NCBI GenBank assembly: GCA_963675785.1
Contig: OY776562.1
Coordinates: 2,112,001-2,176,000 of the forward strand
Length of the DNA: 64,000 nucleotides
From: Anaerolineae bacterium
Lineage (GTDB): Bacteria; Chloroflexota; Anaerolineae; UBA1429
Reading direction: 5' to 3'
The position numbers and the translations under genes are program-made. Positions 1-8,764 of the stretch are shown piece by piece (the stretch's first letter is position 1; each line of letters begins with the position of its first letter). The notes under the pieces were generated by a model, which saw only the letters and a list, made by a program, of their open reading frames with translations, was not told the DNA's origin and ran no database searches.

Positions 1-1597
1 GCGGCTGCAACTCGGCGTCCATCAAACGTGCACGCTGAGCCACGCCAAAGCGGTGTTCTTCATCCACAATAGCCAAGCCTAAATCGGCAAAAGAAACGCT
101 CTCCTGAATCAATGCATGCGTGCCGATCAACAGGTCTACCTGGCCAGAGGCGGTTAGATCTCGAATGCGCTGCTTTTCCGTCTCGGGCAAACTGCCCGTC
201 AATAGTTCAATTCGTACCTCGTCATGATCGAGAAGCGCGCTGATGGTTGCATAATGCTGCTCAGCAAGAATGCTGGTAGGGGCCATGATAGCCACCTGTG
301 TACCGGCAGAAACAGCTGCGAGAGCCGCAGCTACCGCAACTGCCGTTTTACCAGACCCCACATCGCCCTGTAGCATACGGCGCATGGGATGTGGTCGCGC
401 CATATCGGCCAAAATCGCCTCAACCGCCCGATTCTGGGCTTCTGTGAGAACAAAGGGCAAATTCTGCACATAGCACTCGATGCGAGCCTGATCGATGAAC
501 AAAGCACGGCCAGGCTGTTGATCCCGCTGCCTTCGGCGTTCAAGCAATCCCACCTGCAAGGCAAGGAATTCGTCTACACATAGCCGCTGACGTGCTGCGG
601 CCAAAGCCTCCGCCGAACTGGCAAAATGGGCTTCTTGTAGGGCCGTTCGCAGGTCCATCAGTCCAAAGTCTGTTCGCTCCTGTTCGGTCAAGGGATCGTG
701 CACCCGCACCACCCAGGTTTGCACCATATCGTGCATAATGCGCCTGAATTTGCCAGCCGTGAGCCCTTCAGTGAGGGGATACACTGGAACAAACTCGCCA
801 GTGTGGATGGGCTGTTGCTCAAGCGGCTCCCAGGCCGGCGACTGCAACCCCACCTGCCCCTTGTACTCGGATACCTCACCACTCACTCGAATCAACTGTC
901 CGGGCTCGAGTTGGCGAGCAATGTAACGGTTGCCGAACCAGGTAGCTCGAATGGAGCCCGTGTCATCAGAAAGCAGCGTAGTAGCAATGGGGATACGCTG
1001 CCGAGTGTTGTTGACACGAAGCTCTCCGACGGAGACAGAGAGGGTGACCTTTTGGCCGAGCAGAGCATCTCGCACAACACTGTGGGGATAGGCGTCGTGC
1101 CGGCGCGGCAGATGATAGAGCAAATCGCGCACAGTATGAATATCCAGCCGCGTCAGGCTGTCAGCCAGTTTAGGGCCGATGCCGCTGACCGCAGTAGCGG
1201 GGGAATCGAGCGTCGTAGCAGAAGGGCGAGACTTGGTCGCCTTTCTTTGAGGTGGTTGTTCAGCAGGAGCAGGCTGAGGAGCAACACGCCGTGATTGTTG
1301 CTGTTCAGCGGAGCTTGGCTGATCATCGGCTAGCTTTCTCAGAACACGATGAGCCATCAGCCGACGCTGCGCCGGATTGAGTGCGGCATAGCCACCCAGT
1401 TCCTGATTGAGCCAGGCCAACAAACGGCGCTCCTCGTCCGTCGAATTGCTAGACTGGAGCGAATGGCCCCAACTATCAAGAAACGCCGCGATGCCACCCA
1501 TCACGGCGTTATTCTCATAACCCTGTTCATCCTCCAAAGCGAGAATTCGCTCAAGCGCTCGCGCTCTGTCCGATGATCTACTAGCTGTGCTGCTCAT
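1..1597 (-). CDS. recG: ATP-dependent DNA helicase RecG (3' end truncated by window edge)
   Basis: Not in the ORF track because it runs off the edge. Manual translation gives MSSTASRSS... from ATG 1597 (GGAGAG RBS), with MRRMLQGDVGSGKT, IGTHALIQ and IVDEEHRFGV helicase motifs. Confidence 0.95.
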   Translation of the reverse strand, partial: MSSTASRSSDRARALERILALEDEQGYENNAVMGGIAAFLDSWGHSLQSSNSTDEERRLLAWLNQELGGYAALNPAQRRLMAHRVLRKLADDQPSSAEQQQSRRVAPQPAPAEQPPQRKATKSRPSATTLDSPATAVSGIGPKLADSLTRLDIHTVRDLLYHLPRRHDAYPHSVVRDALLGQKVTLSVSVGELRVNNTRQRIPIATTLLSDDTGSIRATWFGNRYIARQLEPGQLIRVSGEVSEYKGQVGLQSPAWEPLEQQPIHTGEFVPVYPLTEGLTAGKFRRIMHDMVQTWVVRVHDPLTEQERTDFGLMDLRTALQEAHFASSAEALAAARQRLCVDEFLALQVGLLERRRQRDQQPGRALFIDQARIECYVQNLPFVLTEAQNRAVEAILADMARPHPMRRMLQGDVGSGKTAVAVAAALAAVSAGTQVAIMAPTSILAEQHYATISALLDHDEVRIELLTGSLPETEKQRIRDLTASGQVDLLIGTHALIQESVSFADLGLAIVDEEHRFGVAQRARLMDAELQP

Positions 1598-1608
1598 GCC
1601 CTCTCCGC

Positions 1609-2451
1609 TCAGGGTGCGACGATGACTGCCCCCATAGCCTGCGGCCCCACAATCGATCCCCAAACTGGCCCGTAGACATGTTCGGTAAACTGCTTGGAAT
1701 TGGCCACTTCGCTCAACCGCTCTCGAAAGGCCTTGACTTCGGGATTGAGCGATGTATGCACCAGAGACAGATGCTCCCACTCGGTGAATTCCGTAACAAA
1801 CTCTGTCAGGCGATCCACAATCGGCCCCCTGCTGCGCATTTGGAACTGAGGTGTTATAACGCCATCCTCAAGCGTCAGCAGCGGTAGAATGTGACGGCCA
1901 CCATTAACACCAAAATTATAAGTCTCTTGATAGATGCCGCTGTTCTTGAGTGCCTCGGGAGTTGGTACGGCAAAAGCATAATACGTGCGAGAGATCAGAT
2001 CGCGCGCATATTTGACCACATCGTCCAACGAAGCACCGCGAGCTGCGGTTTTGGCAGTTTGAGTGACGATATAGCCCAATGCGTGCGAAACAAAGCGCGT
2101 ATCGATAACCCGGATATCCACCCGCCCAAGCAGTTGATCACGAGCCTGACAGGCCGCAGAGACTGTTGGGTTCATCGCCGAGCTGAGGTGCAGCGAAACA
2201 ATATCGCTAGTCTCATGGCTCAAACGACGGTAGGCTGTCTCAAAACGCTGAGCAGCCGGGGGGCGGACACACAGATGTTCCCTATTCTTGACTACTTGAT
2301 GGAAAAAGTCGCCCGAACAAAAACAAGGGTCATCCGTTATCGTATCAGCGCCTCGGCAGATATCGAGTGGAATAACAGTAATGCCTAGTTCGACGGCCAC
2401 GGAAGGGTCCAATTCGGCAGAACTATCCGTGACTATCCTAACCTGGCTCAT
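1609..2451 (-). CDS. DegV/FakB family protein (binding residues degenerate)
   Basis: Starts MSQVRIVTDSSAEL after a GGAGG RBS; has the IDTRFVS segment and lies downstream of the DAK2 gene. Confidence 0.85.
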   Translation of the reverse strand: MSQVRIVTDSSAELDPSVAVELGITVIPLDICRGADTITDDPCFCSGDFFHQVVKNREHLCVRPPAAQRFETAYRRLSHETSDIVSLHLSSAMNPTVSAACQARDQLLGRVDIRVIDTRFVSHALGYIVTQTAKTAARGASLDDVVKYARDLISRTYYAFAVPTPEALKNSGIYQETYNFGVNGGRHILPLLTLEDGVITPQFQMRSRGPIVDRLTEFVTEFTEWEHLSLVHTSLNPEVKAFRERLSEVANSKQFTEHVYGPVWGSIVGPQAMGAVIVAP

Positions 2452-2497
2452 GGCGCATGCCTCCTGCATAAGCATCTTTGCTTGATTAATGCAGCCC

Positions 2498-4213
2498 TCA
2501 TTCGGCAGAAATGATGTAGAAATAGTGGTCTTGGCCACCGCTAACGACTTCGATTTCGAGGTCAGGATAGAGTTCTTCCATAGCCTCGGCAAGATCTCGC
2601 GCCTCATCTGGCTGAACGTCGTTACCGTAATAGATGGTAATGATCTCGCACTCTTCGAGCGTCATGCGCTCTAGCAATCCCTGTACAATGTGCGTGATAT
2701 CATCGCCAGCATCTACAAGATCACCATCCAACAGACCGATAATCTGTCCCTCGCGAACATCCACACCTTGTATCTCTACAGTGCGGACTGCACGCGTCAC
2801 TTCTGCAGTAGAAACTTGATCGAGGGCTTCCGACATCAGGCGCAGGTTGGTCTCCGGATCAGCCTGGTAGTGGAAGGCCAGCAACGCCGAGATGCCTTGG
2901 GGCACCGTTTTGCTGGGCACGACCACAACATTCTTTTCCGGACACAGCTCCTTTGCCTGTTGAGCCGTAAGGATAATGTTGCTGTTGTTAGGAAGCAAAA
3001 AGACATCTTGACCGGGGACCGCCTGAACAGCAGCGACCAGATCCTGTGTCGATGGGTTCATGGTTTGCCCACCCGCAACAATAGCGCTCACTCCAATGCT
3101 CTCAAAAACGCGCCGCAAGCCATCGCCCGAAACCACAGCAATGATGCTGGTATCCGAGAGATCGTCGTGGATGGCTGCCATCGGAGGTGTGTATTTTGCC
3201 ATCTCTTGGGTATGGGCAGCCTTGAAAACCTCATACTGAAGCTGCATGTTCTCAATGATTACATGGTCTACCTGGCCCTGGCGAACGCCGTAATCCAAGG
3301 CAAGGCCGGGCAAATCACAGTGCACATGCACCTTGATGGTTTCGCTATCGCCGACAACCAGTGTCGAATCACCAAGAGTGTCAATGTGTGCCCGAATCGC
3401 CTCAACGTCCATATTATGGCCAGTAATGATGAACTGGGTGTCATAGTTGTATTGGCCATCAGGAGGCCGAGTAAAATCATGTTCATGATCGAACATGGAT
3501 TCTTCACCCGTTTCGATTGAGACGCCTGTATCTTTGCCCTGAGCAAATCGTTGAATGCCTTCCAGGATATAGGCAAAACCTGTTCCGCCCGAATCCACGC
3601 AGTTGGCCTCCTTGAGGATAGGCAGCAAATTCGGTGTTCGTGTGACAGAAGCATGAGCCTCTTGAACACAAACATCGAGCAAATCGATGAACACCACACC
3701 CGAGGCCACTGCTGCAAGTGCAGCCTCAGCCGTATCGCGCGCCACGGTGAGTATTGTTCCTTCAACCGGCTGCATCACACCCTTATAGGCCGTCTCAGAG
3801 CCAATCAATAAAGCCTGAGCAAGAGAGGGGGCATCCAAATTTCGGGAGCCTTCCAACGATCTAGCCATACCCCGCAAAATCTGTGAAAGGATGACACCCG
3901 AATTACCACGTGCGCCCATCAGAGCACCGTGGGCCACGGCTGCAGCCACATCCGATACGGTGCGACAGTCTCGCGAGTGTACCTCTTCGAGTGCAGCCTT
4001 TATTGTCATGGACATGTTGGTGCCAGTATCCCCATCGGGAACCGGGAATACGTTGAGATCGTTCACCTTGTCCACATGTACCTGAAGCCAGGCAGCACCC
4101 GCCTGTAGTGCCTCATAAAAACGTAGGTGATCCCACGACACGGCGAGCCCCCCCGCAGTGGCCAGGTCCGTCTCAGGGGCGTCGGTACGCTCTGGGAAAA
4201 CGGAATCCGTCAT
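2498..4213 (-). CDS. DAK2 domain fatty acid kinase catalytic subunit (FakA/YloV family)
   Basis: LNVFPVPDGDTGTNM, GARGNSGVILSQ, GGQTMNPST and LLPNNSN motifs. Start is ATG 4213 (GGAGG upstream) or GTG 4261. Confidence 0.93.
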   Translation of the reverse strand: MTDSVFPERTDAPETDLATAGGLAVSWDHLRFYEALQAGAAWLQVHVDKVNDLNVFPVPDGDTGTNMSMTIKAALEEVHSRDCRTVSDVAAAVAHGALMGARGNSGVILSQILRGMARSLEGSRNLDAPSLAQALLIGSETAYKGVMQPVEGTILTVARDTAEAALAAVASGVVFIDLLDVCVQEAHASVTRTPNLLPILKEANCVDSGGTGFAYILEGIQRFAQGKDTGVSIETGEESMFDHEHDFTRPPDGQYNYDTQFIITGHNMDVEAIRAHIDTLGDSTLVVGDSETIKVHVHCDLPGLALDYGVRQGQVDHVIIENMQLQYEVFKAAHTQEMAKYTPPMAAIHDDLSDTSIIAVVSGDGLRRVFESIGVSAIVAGGQTMNPSTQDLVAAVQAVPGQDVFLLPNNSNIILTAQQAKELCPEKNVVVVPSKTVPQGISALLAFHYQADPETNLRLMSEALDQVSTAEVTRAVRTVEIQGVDVREGQIIGLLDGDLVDAGDDITHIVQGLLERMTLEECEIITIYYGNDVQPDEARDLAEAMEELYPDLEIEVVSGGQDHYFYIISAE

Positions 4214-4253
4214 CAGCCTCGATTCCTCCACTATCTCTCTCCTCGGTTGGTGA

Positions 4254-4610
4254 TCAGTCACTGTTGCTTATGTGCAGGCCCTGGACATGCACATTCACAG
4301 CGGCTACACCCATGCCGAGTGTCTTTTCCATGTCAAACTTGACCGTCTGCATAATATTGCGGGCCACTTCTGAGATGCGCATACCGTATTCTAGAACAAC
4401 ATAGAGGTCGATTTCGATACGGCTATCGACGACTCGAACCTGAACTCCACGGTGACAATTTTCCACCTGGAGGATCTCGGCAATTCCGTCTGTAACATTA
4501 TTGGCTGCCATGCCCACTACACCATAACAATTCAGCACAGCATGGCTGGCAACGCTGGCAATGGCGTGGGGTGTAATCTCGATCTTGCCCGTTGGAGAGT
4601 CTGTGCTCAT
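4254..4610 (-). CDS. Asp23/Gls24 family protein (YloU-like)
   Basis: CYGVVGMA, IDLYVVLEYG and VNVHVQG motifs; conserved position between rpmB and the DAK2 gene; GAGGAG RBS. Confidence 0.93.
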   Translation of the reverse strand: MSTDSPTGKIEITPHAIASVASHAVLNCYGVVGMAANNVTDGIAEILQVENCHRGVQVRVVDSRIEIDLYVVLEYGMRISEVARNIMQTVKFDMEKTLGMGVAAVNVHVQGLHISNSD

Positions 4611-4730
4611 TGAGCAGCTCCTCGCTTGCGTTTTTACAGATAGCTTTTGATATGGTATCATAACCCTTGGCTGAGGGCCAAATAATGCGGGCGCACGATG
4701 TGCGGCCCCTTCACCGTAGGAGGATATAGA

Positions 4731-4916
4731 ATGGCAAAGTGTGAGATCTGTGGCAAGGGGCCCACATTTGGGAACAACGTCAGCCACTCTAAGGTACATA
4801 CCAAGCGACGTTGGTCACCCAATCTGCAAAAAGTTACGCTGACTCGCGACGGTCGCAAGAAGCGAATGACTGTTTGCACGCGTTGCCTGCGCACTATTAA
4901 CAACAAGGGCCTCTAA
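4731..4916 (+). CDS. rpmB: 50S ribosomal protein L28 (CxxC..CxxC type)
   Basis: [20 protein letters not shown]...CTRCLR with AGGAGG RBS. Confidence 0.97.
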   Translation: MAKCEICGKGPTFGNNVSHSKVHTKRRWSPNLQKVTLTRDGRKKRMTVCTRCLRTINNKGL

Positions 4917-4926
4917 ACCCGAACTT

Positions 4927-4963
4927 AACCCCGGCTGGTGCAAACCAGTCGGGGGTTTTCTTT
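4927..4963 (+). terminator. Intrinsic terminator after rpmB
   Basis: CCCCGGCTGGT-GCAA-ACCAGTCGGGG followed by a T-rich tail. Confidence 0.85.
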
Positions 4964-4965
4964 GC

Positions 4966-5643
4966 CTACAGGGCAGCAGCAATCATTTCGCGGAACCCGG
5001 CCATCGCCGCAGCAATACCCTCGGGTGCACCGAAAACAGCCGAGCCCATGACGAGCACATTCGCGCCAGCGCCAACAGCATCTGCCAGGGTGCTAGCGTT
5101 GATGCCACCGTCCACCTCAATATCACAAACCAAACCCCGCTCATCGAGCATAGCCCGTAAACGCCGCACCTTGTCCAACGCAGCTGGGATCAACTTTTGC
5201 CCGCCAAAACCAGGGTTCACCGTCATAATCAACACCTGATCCACGTCAGGAAGAATTTCCTCCAGAGTGCAAAGCGGCGTCGCCGGATTGAGCACCACCC
5301 CCGGGCGCACGCCAAACTCGCGAATCTGCTGAATAGTTCGATGAAGGTGCGGACAAGTCTCGACCTGCACCATCAACGTCTGTGCCCCGGCCTCACAGAA
5401 TGCGGAAATATAGCGCTCGGGCTTTTCGATCATCAAATGAACATCCATTGGCAGATGCGTTATGGGTTTGAGCGACTGCATGACCAGTGGGCCAATGGTG
5501 ATGTTGGGCACAAAATGCCCATCCATCACATCTATGTGAACACGGTCGGCACCGGCTCGTTCCGCTTCCAGCACCTGTTCGCCCAACTTGGCAAAATCAG
5601 CCGAAAGAATCGATGGGGCAATCTCGATTTTGTTGCTGTTCAT
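4966..5643 (-). CDS. rpe: Ribulose-phosphate 3-epimerase
   Basis: IAPSILSADF, HIDVMDGHFVPN, MTVNPGFGGQ and EVDGGI motifs. Confidence 0.97.
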   Translation of the reverse strand: MNSNKIEIAPSILSADFAKLGEQVLEAERAGADRVHIDVMDGHFVPNITIGPLVMQSLKPITHLPMDVHLMIEKPERYISAFCEAGAQTLMVQVETCPHLHRTIQQIREFGVRPGVVLNPATPLCTLEEILPDVDQVLIMTVNPGFGGQKLIPAALDKVRRLRAMLDERGLVCDIEVDGGINASTLADAVGAGANVLVMGSAVFGAPEGIAAAMAGFREMIAAAL

Positions 5644-5660
5644 GATTCGACAACCTCATT

Positions 5661-6722
5661 TCATGATTCATCGCTGTGATGATGCGCACGAAGCTGCCCA
5701 CAGGCGGCGAGAATATCGGTGCCGCGAGACAGACGCACGGTGGTCTCGATACCCTGTTTGACCAACACATCCTGGAAAGCCCGCACAGCAACCGCCGTTG
5801 GTGGTGGATAATCAAAACCTGGCGTCGTGTTTAGGGGTATCAGATTGACATGGGCAAGTGTTCGCCGCAGCAATTGCACTAGAGCACGAGCATGTTCAGG
5901 GCCGTCGTTCAGTCCACCAATGAGCATATACTCATAGGTTGGCCTTCGACCAGTTTTTTCAGCAAAAGCCTGCACCGCAGAAACAAGTACGCCGATTGGG
6001 TAGCGATCGTTCAAAGGTACTAATCTGCTGCGCAACGTGTCATCAGCAGCATGGAGCGAGATAGCCAGCCCCATCTGCGTGCCCTCGGCTGTCAATCGCT
6101 CAATACCCGGCACATAACCAGCCGTAGAGAGTGTAAACCGCCGCGCGCCCATGTTCAAGCCGTTCTCATCCTCCAAAATGGATACCGCTTTGAGCACGGC
6201 ATCGTAATTCAGTAGCGGCTCGCCCATGCCCATGAATACCACGTTGGTTACCAGAGCATCTTGTGCAGCCAGTTCCCGCGAAAAATGCAGCACCTGCCCG
6301 GAAATTTCACCAGCAGATAGATTCCGTTCAAATCCGTTCTGGCCCGTTGCGCAAAAGGCGCAACCGATAGGGCAACCCACCTGAGTGGATACACAGACTG
6401 TGTTGCGGCGCTCATAACGCATGAGTACCGCCTCGACCAAAGCGCCGTCTCTAGCAGATAGCAATACCTTTTTCGTCTGGCCATCTTTAGATTCGAGTTC
6501 GGATGCCAGAGCAAAAGGCCGCAGAATGGCTTGCTCATCCAGGCGCTTGCGTAGCGCCACTGGTAGATTGACCATTACTTCAGAGTCAGTCTCTAATCGT
6601 GAATAGAGCCAGCCCCAAAGCTGGCGAGCACGAAAGCGAGGCTCTCCCCAGGTTAGGAGGAGAGCCTGTAATTCGTTCAGGTTCATGTCGTAAATGGCAA
6701 TACGTCCATCGTTTGCCGCCAA
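5661..6722 (-). CDS. rlmN: Dual-specificity RNA methyltransferase RlmN (radical SAM)
   Basis: CVSTQVGCPIGCAFC, FMGMGEP and AACGQL motifs. Confidence 0.95.
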   Translation of the reverse strand: MAANDGRIAIYDMNLNELQALLLTWGEPRFRARQLWGWLYSRLETDSEVMVNLPVALRKRLDEQAILRPFALASELESKDGQTKKVLLSARDGALVEAVLMRYERRNTVCVSTQVGCPIGCAFCATGQNGFERNLSAGEISGQVLHFSRELAAQDALVTNVVFMGMGEPLLNYDAVLKAVSILEDENGLNMGARRFTLSTAGYVPGIERLTAEGTQMGLAISLHAADDTLRSRLVPLNDRYPIGVLVSAVQAFAEKTGRRPTYEYMLIGGLNDGPEHARALVQLLRRTLAHVNLIPLNTTPGFDYPPPTAVAVRAFQDVLVKQGIETTVRLSRGTDILAACGQLRAHHHSDES

Positions 6723-6726
6723 CTGC

Positions 6727-7446
6727 CTAGTCCCTTCTACGGTTCAAGAGCGTCATATAATAGAGCAGGGTTGAAAGCGCCTGCACTGCTGCGGCCACAT
6801 AGGTCATAGCCGCGGCACTGAGCACCTTTTTCACCTGCGCTTGTTCTTCTACGGTGGTCAAGCCACTTTGCTGAAGTAATACCATGGCCCGCCGAGAGGC
6901 ATCGAACTCGACCGGTAACGTGACCAAGGCAAAAACCAGCGTAAGCGAAAAGAGTACCAGCCCGACAAGAGAAAGATTCGATGAAGCAAAGAGCATGCCA
7001 ACGATAAAGAGAAGAGGGCCCAGCCAGGAACCAACTTTTACAGCAGGCACAATGGCGCTGCGCAGTTTAAGCGGCACATAACCCTGGCTATCTTGCATGG
7101 CGTGCCCAATCTCGTGGGCAACAATACCAAGAGAAGCCACCGAAGGCACCTGAGCTACGTCGCGGCTCAGATAGAGCTTTTTATCGCGCGGGTTATAGTT
7201 ATCAGAAAGGGTTCCGCTGGTAAGGGCCACACCGACGCCCTGCTGCTGATCTCCCAGACCGGCGCTTTCGAGCCCAGCGGTACGCAAGAGCACCTGCGCC
7301 GCTTCCTGCCCGCTGATATTCCGTAGATTGCGCACCTTGCTGTACTTGGTATATGCCGATCGAACACGGGCCTGCGCAATCATCCCCAGAATAAGCGCGG
7401 GAAGTGCAAACAAATAGTAGATTGGATCAAACACAGGCCAATACAT
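6727..7446 (-). CDS. Neutral zinc metallopeptidase, YugP family, membrane protein
   Basis: AHEIGHAMQD, VTLPVEFDASRRA and AAAMTYVAA motifs. Confidence 0.9.
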   Translation of the reverse strand: MYWPVFDPIYYLFALPALILGMIAQARVRSAYTKYSKVRNLRNISGQEAAQVLLRTAGLESAGLGDQQQGVGVALTSGTLSDNYNPRDKKLYLSRDVAQVPSVASLGIVAHEIGHAMQDSQGYVPLKLRSAIVPAVKVGSWLGPLLFIVGMLFASSNLSLVGLVLFSLTLVFALVTLPVEFDASRRAMVLLQQSGLTTVEEQAQVKKVLSAAAMTYVAAAVQALSTLLYYMTLLNRRRD

Positions 7447-7470
7447 GATGAATACTCCTACTCGTAACGA

Positions 7471-7508
7471 TTGACCCCATATTGTACAACGACGCTACAA
7501 TATGTCAA
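7471..7508 (-). promoter_or_regulatory. Sigma70-type promoter of yugP-rlmN-rpe overlapped by a 9-9-9 inverted repeat
   Basis: Minus strand TTGACA-16-TACAAT (7508-7481); CATATTGTA-N9-TACAATATG at 7478-7504. Confidence 0.7.
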
Positions 7509-7512
7509 GTTA

Positions 7513-8325
7513 TTACCTTGTAGAGCAGCTAGTAGCCTTGCGCCAGGCATCGAGCAATTCCGCCAGATCAGCAAAGACGTAATCGGGCGCCGATTCGTAA
7601 GCAACGGCCTCTTCAGCCGAATTGACCCCGGTTAGCACCATGATGCTGGTAAGCCCTGCTCGATTGCCGCCAAGAATGTCCGTATCCAAGCGGTCACCCA
7701 GGATGGCCGTCTCTTCGGGTTTGCTATTCATCAGGCGCATAGATTGTTCAAAAATGATGGGTTCCGGTTTGCCGATGACCAGCGGTTGGGTATCGGTAGC
7801 GGCGATGAGTGAAGCCAAAATGCTGCCCGCCCCCGGGATCAATCCCTCTTCGATAGGATAGGTCTTGTCGGCGTTGGTGCCGATGAAGGTAGCCCCGGCG
7901 CGAATGGCCAAACAAGCCGTAGCCAGCTTTTGATAGGTGATGGTTTTATCCCAGCCGCAGACCACGTAATCCGCATCCTTACCAGCCAGCGTGAAACCGC
8001 GCTTTTCCATTTCATGCGAGAGCGCCGGCTCCCCCACAACATTCACTTTGGCCCCTGCAGGCGCGATCGTCGTAAGGTACTCCGCCGTTGCTACGCCAGA
8101 GGTGATGATCTCGTCTTCTTTCACGTCGATGCCAAAACCAGCCATGCGTTTGACAAACTCGTCCTGTGTGGCCGTCGAGTTGTTGGTTACCATCAGAAAC
8201 TTTATACCGCGCTCTTTAAGAAATCGCATGAGCTCGGGGCCGCCAGGCAGCCCCGTCTTGCCGCGATAAAGCACGCCGTCCATATCGATGAGCAGCGTGC
8301 GAATTGATGCAAGGTCAGTGGCCAT
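7513..8325 (-). CDS. HAD-IIA family hydrolase (NagD-like)
   Basis: DMDGVLY, TNNST, GKPE and GDRLDTDI motifs. Confidence 0.93.
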   Translation of the reverse strand: MATDLASIRTLLIDMDGVLYRGKTGLPGGPELMRFLKERGIKFLMVTNNSTATQDEFVKRMAGFGIDVKEDEIITSGVATAEYLTTIAPAGAKVNVVGEPALSHEMEKRGFTLAGKDADYVVCGWDKTITYQKLATACLAIRAGATFIGTNADKTYPIEEGLIPGAGSILASLIAATDTQPLVIGKPEPIIFEQSMRLMNSKPEETAILGDRLDTDILGGNRAGLTSIMVLTGVNSAEEAVAYESAPDYVFADLAELLDAWRKATSCSTR

Positions 8326-8458
8326 AACTCACTCCCTGTTCAGGTTACATTAGCAAACATTCTCACCGAGTATACCACAGCCTGAAACAAGGCTTCGAAT
8401 GAACCGAAATACCACATTATATCTGTATCCTTTATTGCGTTCTTGACGCAAAATACCC

Positions 8459-8487
8459 TTGACCAACGAGGTGATAAAGACTATAAT
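8459..8487 (+). promoter_or_regulatory. Sigma70-type promoter
   Basis: TTGACC-17-TATAAT. Confidence 0.85.
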
Positions 8488-8493
8488 CATACT

Positions 8494-8601
8494 TGTAGGT
8501 TGGCCTGTAGGGTCAGGGGAGTGCTGTGACGCAAGGTTGCCACGAACCAGATGCTCGGTAAGTTACCTCACGACGTGAGGAAGCTTGCTGAGCCTTTTTT
8601 T
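8494..8601 (+). ncRNA. Candidate structured leader RNA or sRNA ending in an intrinsic terminator
   Basis: Starts just after the promoter; two short hairpins closed by GGTT/AACC, then the hairpin 8553-8593 and T7 at 8595-8601. No family recognised. Confidence 0.55.
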
Positions 8602-8764
8602 GTGCCTTGAACAGGAACCAACAGACACTCTGACGTGAATGACATGATGCTCCGGATACCGGACAGTAATATTATGGGAGGTAAGTTCTAGCAAGGTAAC
8701 GGCCACACCAAAGAGGTGGTGGTAAGCAACGGACGCGCAAAACCTTGATGGAGAGGACAAAGCT

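Noticed and set aside
698-1294. 198-aa plus-strand ORF and neighbouring short ORFs
   Set aside because: Antisense shadows of recG, which has clear motifs on the minus strand.
8494-8601. Assignment of the leader to glnA, yybP-ykoY, THF, c-di-GMP or SRP RNA
   Set aside because: Only short partial resemblances (GGGGAGU, GACGCAA, GGUCAGG); the diagnostic cores are missing, so it is left unassigned.
8729-8764. Possible ACG start extending the sigma factor by 12 codons
   Set aside because: GTG 8765 already has an adequate GGAGAGG RBS; no further support.
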